Source: Methanotrichaceae archaeon
Lineage (GTDB): Archaea; Halobacteriota; Methanosarcinia; Methanotrichales; Methanotrichaceae
Assembly (NCBI GenBank): GCA_963748825.1
Contig: CAVVKN010000012.1
Span: 95,536 to 159,535, forward strand
DNA length: 64,000 nucleotides
Direction of reading: 5' to 3'
In this document: positions 18,703 to 28,867 of the stretch, one piece after another
Layout: every line of letters begins with the position of its first letter
Position numbering within the stretch: the first letter of the stretch is position 1
Notes under the pieces: model-generated
The model's input: only the letters and a program-made list of their open reading frames with translations
Told to the model about the DNA's origin: nothing
The model's database searches: none
Program-made: the position numbers and the translations under genes

Positions 18703-20022
18703 CTATTCACCACCCCCAGATGGCCTTTTCTGGCCGACCTTGATCTCAGAAATGTCTGCGATCTCACGCATGAGAGCATTCTTCCGGCTGCTCTCTTTCA
18801 GGTGATAAAAGGCATCCACAATTGCAGCGACCCGATCCGTTAAATGCTCTTCCTGAAATGAAGGTGCATGGCAGGGCTTATCCTGACTCGATCCCCTCTT
18901 TCTGCATTCACCTTCCAGATACAACTCCTGGTTGATCAGAAGATGATAAATGAGACAGATGAGTTTCCTGGCCACGGCAACAATCGCAACATTACGCTCC
19001 TTCTTTTTTATCAATCTCTGGAAGAATCTGGACAGCGCCGTCTTTTTCATATTTGATATGGTCTGCGCTGCTTGGACAAGTATAACTCTGATGTGCTTGG
19101 AACCCCTCTTTGTAATTCCACATTTTTTCTTCTTGCCTGCAGATTCGTTTTCTCCGGGATTGAGGCCACACCATTTTGCGAGCTGGTCCGGAGTCTTAAA
19201 ATCACGGTAGTTCCCAATCTCCGACAGTATGACCGATGCAGATGTGAATCCAATTCCAGGGATCGACATGACTATGGCCAGATCTTTGCTCTTTTGCTGA
19301 ACTCCTTTCAGAACCTCAAGGCTTAGCTTCTCCATTTTGGATTCGAGATTGTCAAGGATTTCCAGAGCATCTATTAAGAGCATTCTGCTTGTATCGTTAA
19401 GACCATTTTCAAGTGCTGATCTAATCAGGTCTTGCTTCTTCCTTATCTTTCCGGAGGGTATGCCTTTCAAGATCTCTTCGATGGGCTTATTTTTAGCAAG
19501 ACAGTTCAGGATGTATCTGCCGGACTTGCAGAAAATATCGTCCATGGTAGAACTGAGCTTAACCCCGCTTGATGATAGATATTTATGAATCCGATTCCTG
19601 AACTGAGTTCGTGTCTTGACATATCCGGACCTGGCTCGGGTCATCATCCTAAGGTCTCGGTCCTCATCGGTAAATACGCGAGATCTTTTGATTTGACCGT
19701 TCAAGCAAAGGGTTGCGATTCGGTTTGAGTCTTTAGAGTCGGATTTGTCATTTGGAACGGTCTTTATCTGCAACGGATTGGCTACAATTGTATCTATGGT
19801 TTTGCTCAGAGCATCATAAATCGGCATCCAATAGACACCAGTAGCTTCAAATGCCACTTGTTCGCATTTGTTGGCAACCAGCCAGTTGAGGAATCTCTTA
19901 AGCTCGGCTTTTGTTGTCCCAAAATTCTCTCGAATTGTCGGTACATCATCGCCTGTTATTGTGGCAACGATCAGATCTTTATGGACATCTGCTCCGCAAA
20001 CTCTATCTCTTCGTTTGTTCAT
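18703..20022 (-). CDS. IS110-family transposase/recombinase, 439 aa
   Basis: Same protein as copy 3 (LKRFLNW allele). Confidence 0.95.
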   Translation of the reverse strand: MNKRRDRVCGADVHKDLIVATITGDDVPTIRENFGTTKAELKRFLNWLVANKCEQVAFEATGVYWMPIYDALSKTIDTIVANPLQIKTVPNDKSDSKDSNRIATLCLNGQIKRSRVFTDEDRDLRMMTRARSGYVKTRTQFRNRIHKYLSSSGVKLSSTMDDIFCKSGRYILNCLAKNKPIEEILKGIPSGKIRKKQDLIRSALENGLNDTSRMLLIDALEILDNLESKMEKLSLEVLKGVQQKSKDLAIVMSIPGIGFTSASVILSEIGNYRDFKTPDQLAKWCGLNPGENESAGKKKKCGITKRGSKHIRVILVQAAQTISNMKKTALSRFFQRLIKKKERNVAIVAVARKLICLIYHLLINQELYLEGECRKRGSSQDKPCHAPSFQEEHLTDRVAAIVDAFYHLKESSRKNALMREIADISEIKVGQKRPSGGGE

Positions 20023-20254
20023 ACACGTCTCTGCCTGATATGGGCAGATGATCTTTCCCTGAGATGGGATAATTTCCCATACGCGTTCCACGACGCAGTC
20101 CCGTATTCGGGGGGATCTTGGCCTGTTTCAATCGCGGGATCAAACGTCCTATAAACTTGTCGGCCTTCACTGCCCATATCCGGCTTAACGTGAACGGATA
20201 ACAATATGTGGTTTTCCATCCGTCACGTGTGAGCCCCTGCCTGGGCTCATGGGC
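20023..20254 (-). ncRNA. Putative bridge RNA (copy 4)
   Basis: Same sequence as 16023-16254. Confidence 0.7.
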
Positions 20255-23200
20255 GTTTCAATCCTTGTTTTTGTGGAACTCGCCCTCGGACTTCTTATCC
20301 ATCCAAGAAGCTGCCCGCCAAGGCTCTGTTTCAATCCTTGTTTTTGTGGAACTCGCCCTCGGACAATCGCATAATGGCGGAAAACGCGGCAATCCTGGGT
20401 TTCAATCCTTGTTTTTGTGGAACTCGCCCTCGGACTCCTCAGTGCATTGCATCAGCTTCCAAGCCTTTCCAGTTTCAATCCTTGTTTTTGTGGAACTCGC
20501 CCTCGGACCCGCGATGCTAGCCAAGCTCTCTGATATGATTATCTGGGTTTCAATCCTTGTTTTTGTGGAACTCGCCCTCGGACTTTTGGACTAACTGCTC
20601 CGATAAATCTCCTATAGAAGTTTCAATCCTTGTTTTTGTGGAACTCGCCCTCGGACGGCGGGAAAGTCGGCTGCCGGCATGGGCGATTTTGATGTTTCAA
20701 TCCTTGTTTTTGTGGAACTCGCCCTCGGACCGGAGTAAGAGATTCGCGGTTATCAAATCCCAAACAGTTTCAATCCTTGTTTTTGTGGAACTCGCCCTCG
20801 GACTTGGGGTTGGTCATGGGGAATGCAGCTCTTGGGGGAGTTTCAATCCTTGTTTTTGTGGAACTCGCCCTCGGACAAGATAGATGAGGTTTGAGCATGA
20901 GAGGCACACTGCGTTTCAATCCTTGTTTTTGTGGAACTCGCCCTCGGACTGCGGTCTCAAACGCCAGGCCGAGCCTGGTTGATGTGTTTCAATCCTTGTT
21001 TTTGTGGAACTCGCCCTCGGACAACAAGAAGTAGCCGATGCAGTCAAAGTATATGCGGGTTTCAATCCTTGTTTTTGTGGAACTCGCCCTCGGACCCAAC
21101 CAGATTAGACCATTGGTGTCCATAATTTGCAGTTTCAATCCTTGTTTTTGTGGAACTCGCCCTCGGACATCTAGATGATGCAGATTACCAGAGCCGGATT
21201 TAACCAGTTTCAATCCTTGTTTTTGTGGAACTCGCCCTCGGACCTGTTTTGCAAGCCCGAAGATGGCGGCGCGGATGGAGTGGTTTCAATCCTTGTTTTT
21301 GTGGAACTCGCCCTCGGACGTACTTTTCTGTCCTGAAGATCGTGCGCATGCGATAGTTTCAATCCTTGTTTTTGTGGAACTCGCCCTCGGACCACAATTA
21401 TCCAGAACGGTGTCTCCTTCGTTGGTAGTTTCAATCCTTGTTTTTGTGGAACTCGCCCTCGGACAAAGATATGATGCTCAGATCAAAGACCTATTACATA
21501 GTTTCAATCCTTGTTTTTGTGGAACTCGCCCTCGGACTTGTCATATCTTCCAAGCATATTCCAACGTTCTTGATGTTTCAATCCTTGTTTTTGTGGAACT
21601 CGCCCTCGGACTACGAGCGGCACCGTTGGAGATACCTTCTATATATGTTTCAATCCTTGTTTTTGTGGAACTCGCCCTCGGACAGCAAAAAGGACTTGCA
21701 ACAAGCGGAACTATTAGAGTTTCAATCCTTGTTTTTGTGGAACTCGCCCTCGGACACTCCCGCAATCGCTTCACAAATTCCGGCCATTCTCAGAGTTTCA
21801 ATCCTTGTTTTTGTGGAACTCGCCCTCGGACTGTAGATGCTCAGATGGCATGATCTCATAGGTTGTGACAGTTTCAATCCTTGTTTTTGTGGAACTCGCC
21901 CTCGGACGCTGGAGCCTCGTATTGGCATCACACGAACTCATCGTTTCAATCCTTGTTTTTGTGGAACTCGCCCTCGGACTATCCGCAGTGCCATTTATGG
22001 CAGTCTCGTATCAGGGTTTCAATCCTTGTTTTTGTGGAACTCGCCCTCGGACTTCATGCCGAACCGCTATAGCCCATGAACATCCTAAGTTTCAATCCTT
22101 GTTTTTGTGGAACTCGCCCTCGGACAAGGAATCTTCCCGTGCATTCGCAGTGATTAGGATGTTTCAATCCTTGTTTTTGTGGAACTCGCCCTCGGACTGC
22201 GAACTGGTCAGAAGAAAGAAGAACATCGTTTGTGTTTCAATCCTTGTTTTTGTGGAACTCGCCCTCGGACGTTACTCTTACGGCATCCAGTCCCGGTATT
22301 TGGGGGTTTCAATCCTTGTTTTTGTGGAACTCGCCCTCGGACGGTCGAAACATCGGGGCTCCAAGATTGCAGAAGATGTTTCAATCCTTGTTTTTGTGGA
22401 ACTCGCCCTCGGACATTATATCGCAGCTTGATCCCTCAGCTAGAAGTAATGGTTTCAATCCTTGTTTTTGTGGAACTCGCCCTCGGACTAGCTATCTGGA
22501 TGAATTGAATCAGTACGTATCTGAGTTTCAATCCTTGTTTTTGTGGAACTCGCCCTCGGACACTCAGCACACACCCACACAGACGACGGGATAGATCGTT
22601 TCAATCCTTGTTTTTGTGGAACTCGCCCTCGGACACATAACCCTATTACCCGTGATCGGTTATAGTTGGCGTTTCAATCCTTGTTTTTGTGGAACTCGCC
22701 CTCGGACGCAATTTACCTCTCGCGTCCATCTTAGCATGGAACGGTTTCAATCCTTGTTTTTGTGGAACTCGCCCTCGGACGCTGATTGCGGCGCGTGGTT
22801 CATGATTAGGTGATCAGTTTCAATCCTTGTTTTTGTGGAACTCGCCCTCGGACTGTCATGCCATAGCATCTATGATCTGTCATCGAGTCAGGTTTCAATC
22901 CTTGTTTTTGTGGAACTCGCCCTCGGACGCTGGCATGAGTTCTCGATGGCATGGGGGTAGGTAAGTTTCAATCCTTGTTTTTGTGGAACTCGCCCTCGGA
23001 CCTATCAGAAGGGGCCGGGTGGTTGGGGATACTGGCAGTTTCAATCCTTGTTTTTGTGGAACTCGCCCTCGGACTCTGTTTTCAGATATGCCTTATTGGT
23101 ACATTCGTTAGTTTCAATCCTTGTTTTTGTGGAACTCGCCCTCGGACGTGAGACACAGTCGATGCAACTGTATCTTGAGACAAACTGTTTCAATCCTTGT

Positions 23201-23370
23201 TTTTGTGGAACTCGCCCTCGGACCTTGGAATAAGCAGAGATCGAACGATTGATGGAGGAAGTTTCAATCCTTGTTTTTGTGGAACTCGCCCTCGGACAGC
23301 ATTTGCGGAAAAGACAGGCAACAGAAATATCTGGTTTCAATCCTTGTTTTTGTGGAACTCGCCCTCGGAC

Positions 23371-23529
23371 AGCGGCTTTTTTTCGTCCTTTTCCCCGTTT
23401 CTCAGTGTCAAACCGGCCTTTTCTCACCCTCCTCAAAGCATTAGAGGAATTTATTAGATGGCTTATAAATTCATTCCGGCAGGTGGGCCCGAAAATAGGC
23501 TCGCTGGCCCAAAAACGGATGGCGCATCT
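23371..23529 (-). promoter_or_regulatory. CRISPR leader
   Basis: Non-coding region between the cas6 stop and the first repeat; A/G-rich on the minus strand with TATA-like ATTTATAA at ~23463-23470. Confidence 0.75.
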
Positions 23530-24186
23530 CTATTTCAGTTTTGTAACCGCCCCGTAACCTCTGGAGACTGACTTGCCCAGCCCCAGGAAGTCCGGGATGG
23601 CAAAGGTTGTGGTGAACTCTCCTCGTATCCCCGTGACTTTTGTCCCCTTCAGCAGGCAGATCTCATCCTGCATCCCGCCCACCTCCAGCCGAATGTGCTC
23701 TTTGGCCACGTAGCCCAGCCCCTTGGAGGCGGAGAGGATGTTGCCCACCAGGATTCTTCTCAGCAGATCCTTTCTTTCCTCTCTGTTTGCATTTAAATAT
23801 TTGGGGTAGTTGTCCTGGCTAAGTGCCAGCCAGGGCGTGGCAAAACTGTAGCTTTGGATCTTTTCGCAGCATCCGAACTCCTCGCTCTTCAGGGTAATGC
23901 CGCGCTCCATGATGCTGTACTTGCTCTCTCCCAATTTTATCTCATCGAATTTATCATAGATCTCTTTCAGGACCTCTGCCCCCTCGTTGATGCCAAGGAC
24001 CAGGGGACTTCCCTCCAGCATCTTGTACTGGATGAGAGGATATTTGTAGATCAGCTTGTCCGTCACATGCTGGTGCAGCAGCGCATGCTCATTGAAGCTG
24101 GTGGCAAAGAAGCCGCGCAGCTTCGATGCGTCCCCGTGCATGGGCGCGTCCGAGTGCAGGGTGAGGCGGAGGATTTTGAGGATCAT
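23530..24186 (-). CDS. cas6: CRISPR endoribonuclease Cas6 (Cas6b-like)
   Basis: KLRGFF...LLHQH...YKYPLIQYK and C-terminal G-rich loop GLGKSVSRGYG. Confidence 0.92.
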   Translation of the reverse strand: MILKILRLTLHSDAPMHGDASKLRGFFATSFNEHALLHQHVTDKLIYKYPLIQYKMLEGSPLVLGINEGAEVLKEIYDKFDEIKLGESKYSIMERGITLKSEEFGCCEKIQSYSFATPWLALSQDNYPKYLNANREERKDLLRRILVGNILSASKGLGYVAKEHIRLEVGGMQDEICLLKGTKVTGIRGEFTTTFAIPDFLGLGKSVSRGYGAVTKLK

Positions 24187-24188
24187 GG

Positions 24189-24416
24189 CTATCCTTTCTT
24201 ATCGAAGAACTCTTCACGACTAATCCCCGCCTCTTTTAGAATCTCATTCAACAACCCTTTGGGAACATCATAACCATGAAATGGAACCACCGTTGACTTT
24301 TTGGTTTCAGGGTTGTGGTAAAAATGATGGCTGCCGCTGATTCTCTCCAGCTCAAAACCGCATTTCTCAAGTATTCTAGCCAGCTTTTCCGGCGGGATGC
24401 AGGGTAGTTTAGCCAT
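24189..24416 (-). CDS. hicA: HicA-family toxin (mRNA interferase)
   Basis: LEKCGFELERISGSHHFY...TVVPFH...KGLLNEILKEAG. Confidence 0.9.
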   Translation of the reverse strand: MAKLPCIPPEKLARILEKCGFELERISGSHHFYHNPETKKSTVVPFHGYDVPKGLLNEILKEAGISREEFFDKKG

Positions 24417-24451
24417 GCCACTCAGGAACATGCTTCAAGTTGCTTAAAAAT

Positions 24452-24691
24452 TTAAGCATTTGCCTCGACTGCAATCGTGCATATCATCGAATCATCGGAT
24501 TCTATGGGCACTTCTTCGCCGCGGGCGATCATGCAGGCAATAAAGCCCTCAATTGCCTCTTTTGCCATTGCCAGCGCCTCTTCAACCGTTCGCCCGAAGG
24601 TCAGGCAACCCGGCAGTGAAGGCACAATCACCGTATAAGTTCCGTCTTCCTCTTTTCGGAGCATAATTTTATAGCGTAATGTCTTCATCAT
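24452..24691 (-). CDS. hicB: HicB-family antitoxin
   Basis: EEDGTYTVIVPSLPGCLTFGRTVEEALAMAKEAIE. Confidence 0.9.
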   Translation of the reverse strand: MMKTLRYKIMLRKEEDGTYTVIVPSLPGCLTFGRTVEEALAMAKEAIEGFIACMIARGEEVPIESDDSMICTIAVEANA

Positions 24692-24822
24692 AGTGGTCTC
24701 CTATCCTATATTGATATTTGATGCTGTCTTTGATCTTGCGGCTTTGCGGGCTCCCGCGCATGGACGCGTGCGAGGCGGGGTGAAGCGGAGATTTTTTGGG
24801 AAACATACCGCAAGCTCCCAAC

Positions 24823-27258
24823 TTAAATGATCATGGAGCCCCCTCCGGCTCCCGCTCGCATGAAGCCCGTTTCCAAATCGTAGTAGTTGGGCAGCTCATC
24901 TCTTGAAATATAACCCATATCGGAATCTTCAGCGACCAGGTTATGAGCGTATTTCTCCGGTGCGGAGATCACATACTCGCTGAAATCCTTCTTTATCTTG
25001 AGATACTTTTTCGTCCTCTCCAGATGATTCTTTTCAGACTGCATATCCAGGTATTGTTTCCAAATCCCTGCAGCGTTATCGTCCAACTCGACAAAGACAT
25101 TCACTTTGGGATAGTCCTCTTCGATGAGCTTGAAGTTCTTGTTCAGATCCTTAAACGCTAATCCGGCAATGCAGTCCAGGTTATCCTTCGACTCTTTCTC
25201 GCCCATGCCTCTCTTCACGGCTTTGAAATATTTGTTATTAAGGTCCAGGAATTCTGATTCTTTAATTGGCCCTTTGATCTGCTTCAAAATGTCCAGCGTC
25301 TTGCTTATCAAGAATGGATCGTAAATATATTTATAAAATTCTTTTCGATCATCTTTCAAAATGAAAATCGATACTATGCCCTTTTCGTCTTTGGCGGAGT
25401 GTCTATTGCATCTGCCCGCTACCTGGTTGATCGAGTCTAGTGGTGCAAAGTCCCTGTAAACGATATCTGCATCAATATCTACGCCAGCTTCTATGAGCTG
25501 AGTGCTGACAATGACCTTTCTTTTTCTCGGTGATTCTTTGGATTCTCTTATCTCATTTATCCGCGTCAACCTCTCCTTTGGGATTACATTTGTGGAGAGG
25601 AAAAATCTCTTTGTATTCTCCAGTTCCAATCCTTGAACGAATTTATAAATCTCTTGAGCCGAGCCTATCGTGTTTAGAACGATCAAGAAATCTTTCTCTT
25701 TCTTCTGGAGCAAGTCCTCATTAAGCAAGGCTTTGAATTCATCTAGGGTCAGTGCTCTCTCAATTCTTGGTATGAGCTCAATTCTATTCAAGCCCCGGAA
25801 GTATTCCTCTTTCCTTTGTGCTATCTCCTTGATCTCTCCTTTTGCTTCATCGAAGATGAGCGGCTGGGTCGCAGTGATGAAGACAACGTAAGTGTTGAAC
25901 TTCTCGCAAAGCAGCTTCAATGAATCGTGTATCAGCAGCCAGTAATGGTGAGGCACAGCCTGGACCTCATCCAGAATGATTATGGAGTTAGCAAGCTTGT
26001 TGAATTTGCGAAGCTGTTTATTCCTGTTGGAAAAGAGTGTGTTAAAGAGCTGCCAGAATGTGGTTACAATTATCTCTGCATTCCAGCCTTCCAGGAGCAG
26101 CAGGCTTTTATCGACTTCGTACTCTTTCTCCTCGGTCTTGTACTTCACATCCGAAAGATGGTGATGTTTGAGAAGTAGCCGGGAATCTTTGGTGTCTCCT
26201 CCCACAACATCATCAAAGACCTTGTAGTTTTGATCGATTATGCTCAGAAAAGGCAAAGCGTAGATTATTCTGGGCTTGATTTTTCGCTCATTCTCCAATC
26301 GCTCTCTCAGTTTCAGGGAAAGGGAAAGAGCGGTGAGCGTCTTGCCCGTGCCTGTGGGAACATTCAGGGAGAGGATCTTATCGTCCAGGTTCCAATTTTT
26401 GATTCTTTCCACAGCCTCTTCATATATCTGATTCCTGAGGCCATTGATATTGTCCTGATTGGATGAAAAGCCCTTTGCATCCCTATAGTCATCCACCAGC
26501 TTTGATGAAAGGCCCAGCCGGTCCAATTTGATTCCATCTAGTCCTGCATCAGTCTTGTCAGCATCTAAGAGTGCAGAGTAAATAAACTGAGATAAAAAAT
26601 ACGGGTAAAGATCGCTTTTTTCACTCAAGTCCCTAATGAAACGCTTCTCCTTTCTGCCAATATCTTTTGTCGCATCTTTTAAAATATAATCAATAATATT
26701 ATCCACGTCGAGTTTTAAGCTCATATTCTCTTTAGACAGAAGCAGTGCCAGTATTTCTCTGATCTCTGCCATGTCAATGGTGTTTATTTGTTCTACCGCC
26801 ACCCTCAGAATTTTGTCCTTGTCGGCATCGATTTCCTTAATTTCATCCATTGCATTTGGTAGATTTCCGTGATGCCTCTTCACTGCCAGGAAAGACAAGA
26901 TGGGCAAGTATTCAGCCAAACTACCTCTTCGCCCTGTCTGACTTAAGTATTCCTTTATCACTGCATACGTAAAGAAAGCCGAGAGCAGGCCGTGATGAGT
27001 GTTGTCCTTGGCTTTGAGAGACTTCTTTTTATTCTCATCGGTCTCAATAATGTAATCCTGGAAAAATTTCGTAGCTTTTCCCAGGTCGTGCGTCACACCC
27101 ATGAGGTAAGCAGCGTCTGTCAAGAGATCCTTGTCATCTATGTTTAGAGATTTGTCTGTAACAGTTTTCCTGCTCAATTGCCCTACTCTGCTCAAGTGAT
27201 CCACCAGGCGTTTATCCGGGTGAGACTTGAGCTTAAAGGAATACGATTCGCTCGCCAT
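24823..27258 (-). CDS. cas3: Cas3 HD nuclease-helicase
   Basis: HDLGKA HD motif, VPTGTGKT, ILDEVQ, STQLIEAGVDID, QVAGRCNR. Confidence 0.96.
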   Translation of the reverse strand: MASESYSFKLKSHPDKRLVDHLSRVGQLSRKTVTDKSLNIDDKDLLTDAAYLMGVTHDLGKATKFFQDYIIETDENKKKSLKAKDNTHHGLLSAFFTYAVIKEYLSQTGRRGSLAEYLPILSFLAVKRHHGNLPNAMDEIKEIDADKDKILRVAVEQINTIDMAEIREILALLLSKENMSLKLDVDNIIDYILKDATKDIGRKEKRFIRDLSEKSDLYPYFLSQFIYSALLDADKTDAGLDGIKLDRLGLSSKLVDDYRDAKGFSSNQDNINGLRNQIYEEAVERIKNWNLDDKILSLNVPTGTGKTLTALSLSLKLRERLENERKIKPRIIYALPFLSIIDQNYKVFDDVVGGDTKDSRLLLKHHHLSDVKYKTEEKEYEVDKSLLLLEGWNAEIIVTTFWQLFNTLFSNRNKQLRKFNKLANSIIILDEVQAVPHHYWLLIHDSLKLLCEKFNTYVVFITATQPLIFDEAKGEIKEIAQRKEEYFRGLNRIELIPRIERALTLDEFKALLNEDLLQKKEKDFLIVLNTIGSAQEIYKFVQGLELENTKRFFLSTNVIPKERLTRINEIRESKESPRKRKVIVSTQLIEAGVDIDADIVYRDFAPLDSINQVAGRCNRHSAKDEKGIVSIFILKDDRKEFYKYIYDPFLISKTLDILKQIKGPIKESEFLDLNNKYFKAVKRGMGEKESKDNLDCIAGLAFKDLNKNFKLIEEDYPKVNVFVELDDNAAGIWKQYLDMQSEKNHLERTKKYLKIKKDFSEYVISAPEKYAHNLVAEDSDMGYISRDELPNYYDLETGFMRAGAGGGSMII

Positions 27259-27937
27259 TCCCGACCTCCCAAAGCTCTTTTACCTTCGCTTTGATTTTCT
27301 TTCCGTTCCTTTCAAACAGAATCTCGCGGTAGTCGGTTACCTCTCTTGCTTCTCCCATCTCGCCTGGCATCACTTCTGAGAAGTATTCCTTTCCTTCCTC
27401 GAAATCCGGCTCAAGAAGGCAATTACCCGGCACCACGCTATCTATATCCTGGACATCTTCTCCTGAACTCTTCAGACCAAACTCTCCTATGAACTTGAAG
27501 TTGCAGATGAGCTCGCTTAGTCCAAGACACGGAGTGTATACAGACTGATGGCTGGTGAGCAAGTCTTTCAGCTTTTTATATAATTGCTCATCGGAGTGAG
27601 AGAAATAAATTCTGTACTTCGGATCTTTGACGAACTCGAATCTGATCTGGGTTCTGTTCTTGATCAGATGCATCTTAATTGCGCTCTTGGTATCAATCAG
27701 GTTCTCTCCAATCCTCACTTTTTTTACAGGCGCCAGGATTTTGCAGCCGATTTTGGCATCAACCTTAAAGAAGTGCCTGAAATACTCCGTTTTGTCCAGA
27801 CCGACGATGGCCCCGATCAGCCCTGAGAGAGCAGTTCGGGGCGGGAAAGAATAGGTGAGTGGAGAGCTGGTAGAGTAATTCTTCCTGAAGTGGGCGTAGT
27901 CCCCCCACACATCGAATACTATTACTCTCTCCGGCAT
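27233..27937 (-). CDS. cas5: Type I-B Cas5
   Basis: VFDVWGDYAHFRK...TYSFPPRTALSGLIGAIVG; YTPCLGLSE. Confidence 0.93.
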   Translation of the reverse strand: MPERVIVFDVWGDYAHFRKNYSTSSPLTYSFPPRTALSGLIGAIVGLDKTEYFRHFFKVDAKIGCKILAPVKKVRIGENLIDTKSAIKMHLIKNRTQIRFEFVKDPKYRIYFSHSDEQLYKKLKDLLTSHQSVYTPCLGLSELICNFKFIGEFGLKSSGEDVQDIDSVVPGNCLLEPDFEEGKEYFSEVMPGEMGEAREVTDYREILFERNGKKIKAKVKELWEVGNGERIVFL

Positions 27938-27944
27938 CTGGACC

Positions 27945-28865
27945 TCAGAACGCAATTGGCTTTATGGCTATGCCGGTAGCTGCTGCCAATCCTTCAATTG
28001 GGAAACCGGCCCCTTCTTTGCAGAACTTAATCCTGCCGTCCACGCAAATCTCAATATCCTTGATTGAGCCCTTTTCCGCAGCAAGTTTCTTGACCAACTC
28101 TGATATCTCAAGCTGGTAATCTACGGTGTCACGAATGTTCTCATGAGGCATCTCGGTTACCAGCTTTAGCATCTTATCTAGATCCCCAATATGATAGTTC
28201 TCTTTGCTGTAATTCACTTTGAGGAGCAACCTTGGAACCTGTCCTGCTTTGGATCTGGAAATCAGGCTCTTGGTTCCATTCCAAATGCCTTCTAGCAAGA
28301 GCTTTAAATCATCCTCGGTAAGATGAGTGTGTTTGGCAGCGTTCTCGTTTACGATGCCATAAAAGGAGATAAGCGAATAGGGCAGAAAGTCCTCTTCTCT
28401 AAACGTTGCCTGCTTAGAACCCTCCTTAGAGGCAAAGGCTCCGGTTCCCTTAATATGCATCATAGTAACACGATGGAGCGAACGGCCCATCTTAAACTGC
28501 ACTGGACCGGTATAGATTATCGAGTCCTCTTTTAAAGGTATTACTCCACCGAAGAGACGAATATCGATGCACTCGCCCAAAATTTTCTCGGCATCATTAC
28601 CAAAGTTGCCTGCTCTCATCTTTCCATCTTGGATAAGACCTTTCTCTTGGTCGTAGACTACTTCCCTTACAAAGATCTCAAGGCCTTTGAAATTGTGAAG
28701 GTAGTCCCGGATGGTCCTTTTCAATCTGACATCTGTTACGAGGTTGATGCCGGTCTCTTCATCAATCCGAGGCTTGTTCTCGTCCATTGGATCTCCGTTA
28801 GGATTTCCGTCTCTAATGTCGTAGATAAAGAGAATTTCTGATCTGTTCTTAACTTCCTCGTTCAT
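27945..28865 (-). CDS. cas7: Type I-B Cas7 (Csh2)
   Basis: NPNGDPMDENKPRID, VTDVRLKRTIRDY, DIRLFG, TGPVQF. Confidence 0.94.
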   Translation of the reverse strand: MNEEVKNRSEILFIYDIRDGNPNGDPMDENKPRIDEETGINLVTDVRLKRTIRDYLHNFKGLEIFVREVVYDQEKGLIQDGKMRAGNFGNDAEKILGECIDIRLFGGVIPLKEDSIIYTGPVQFKMGRSLHRVTMMHIKGTGAFASKEGSKQATFREEDFLPYSLISFYGIVNENAAKHTHLTEDDLKLLLEGIWNGTKSLISRSKAGQVPRLLLKVNYSKENYHIGDLDKMLKLVTEMPHENIRDTVDYQLEISELVKKLAAEKGSIKDIEICVDGRIKFCKEGAGFPIEGLAAATGIAIKPIAF

Positions 28866-28867
28866 TT

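Larger units (their letters stand above)
18665..20259 (-). mobile_element. IS110-family element copy 4, full length
   Basis: spacer-GTTTC(18660-18664)|CCATGG...CATGGGC-GTTTC(20255-20259)|AATCC. Confidence 0.95.
13048..23370 (-). CRISPR. Type I-B CRISPR array, ~56 repeats / 55 spacers, interrupted by IS110 insertions at three repeats
   Basis: 37-bp repeat GTCCGAGGGCGAGTTCCACAAAAACAAGGATTGAAAC (minus strand). Blocks: 2 repeats (13048 degenerate, 13121 variant), 9 (16255-16883), 2 (18514-18624), 43 (20255-23370). Orientation from the ATTGAAAC 3' end, degenerate trailer at low coordinates and leader at high coordinates. Confidence 0.98.

Noticed and set aside
20292-23333. Self-targeting or IS-targeting spacers
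   Set aside because: No spacer match to the IS or other genes noticed by eye; an exhaustive alignment was not possible, so this is unproven rather than excluded
16185-23557. Many ORFs with repeating VSILVFVELALG / FQSLFLWNSPSD / FNPCFCGTRPRT peptides
   Set aside because: Translations of the CRISPR repeat, which has no stop codons in several frames; not genes
24734-24816. GC-rich hairpin region between cas3 and hicB as an ncRNA
   Set aside because: Only short inverted repeats (cttgcgg/ccgcaag); no repeat-like handle or second copy found
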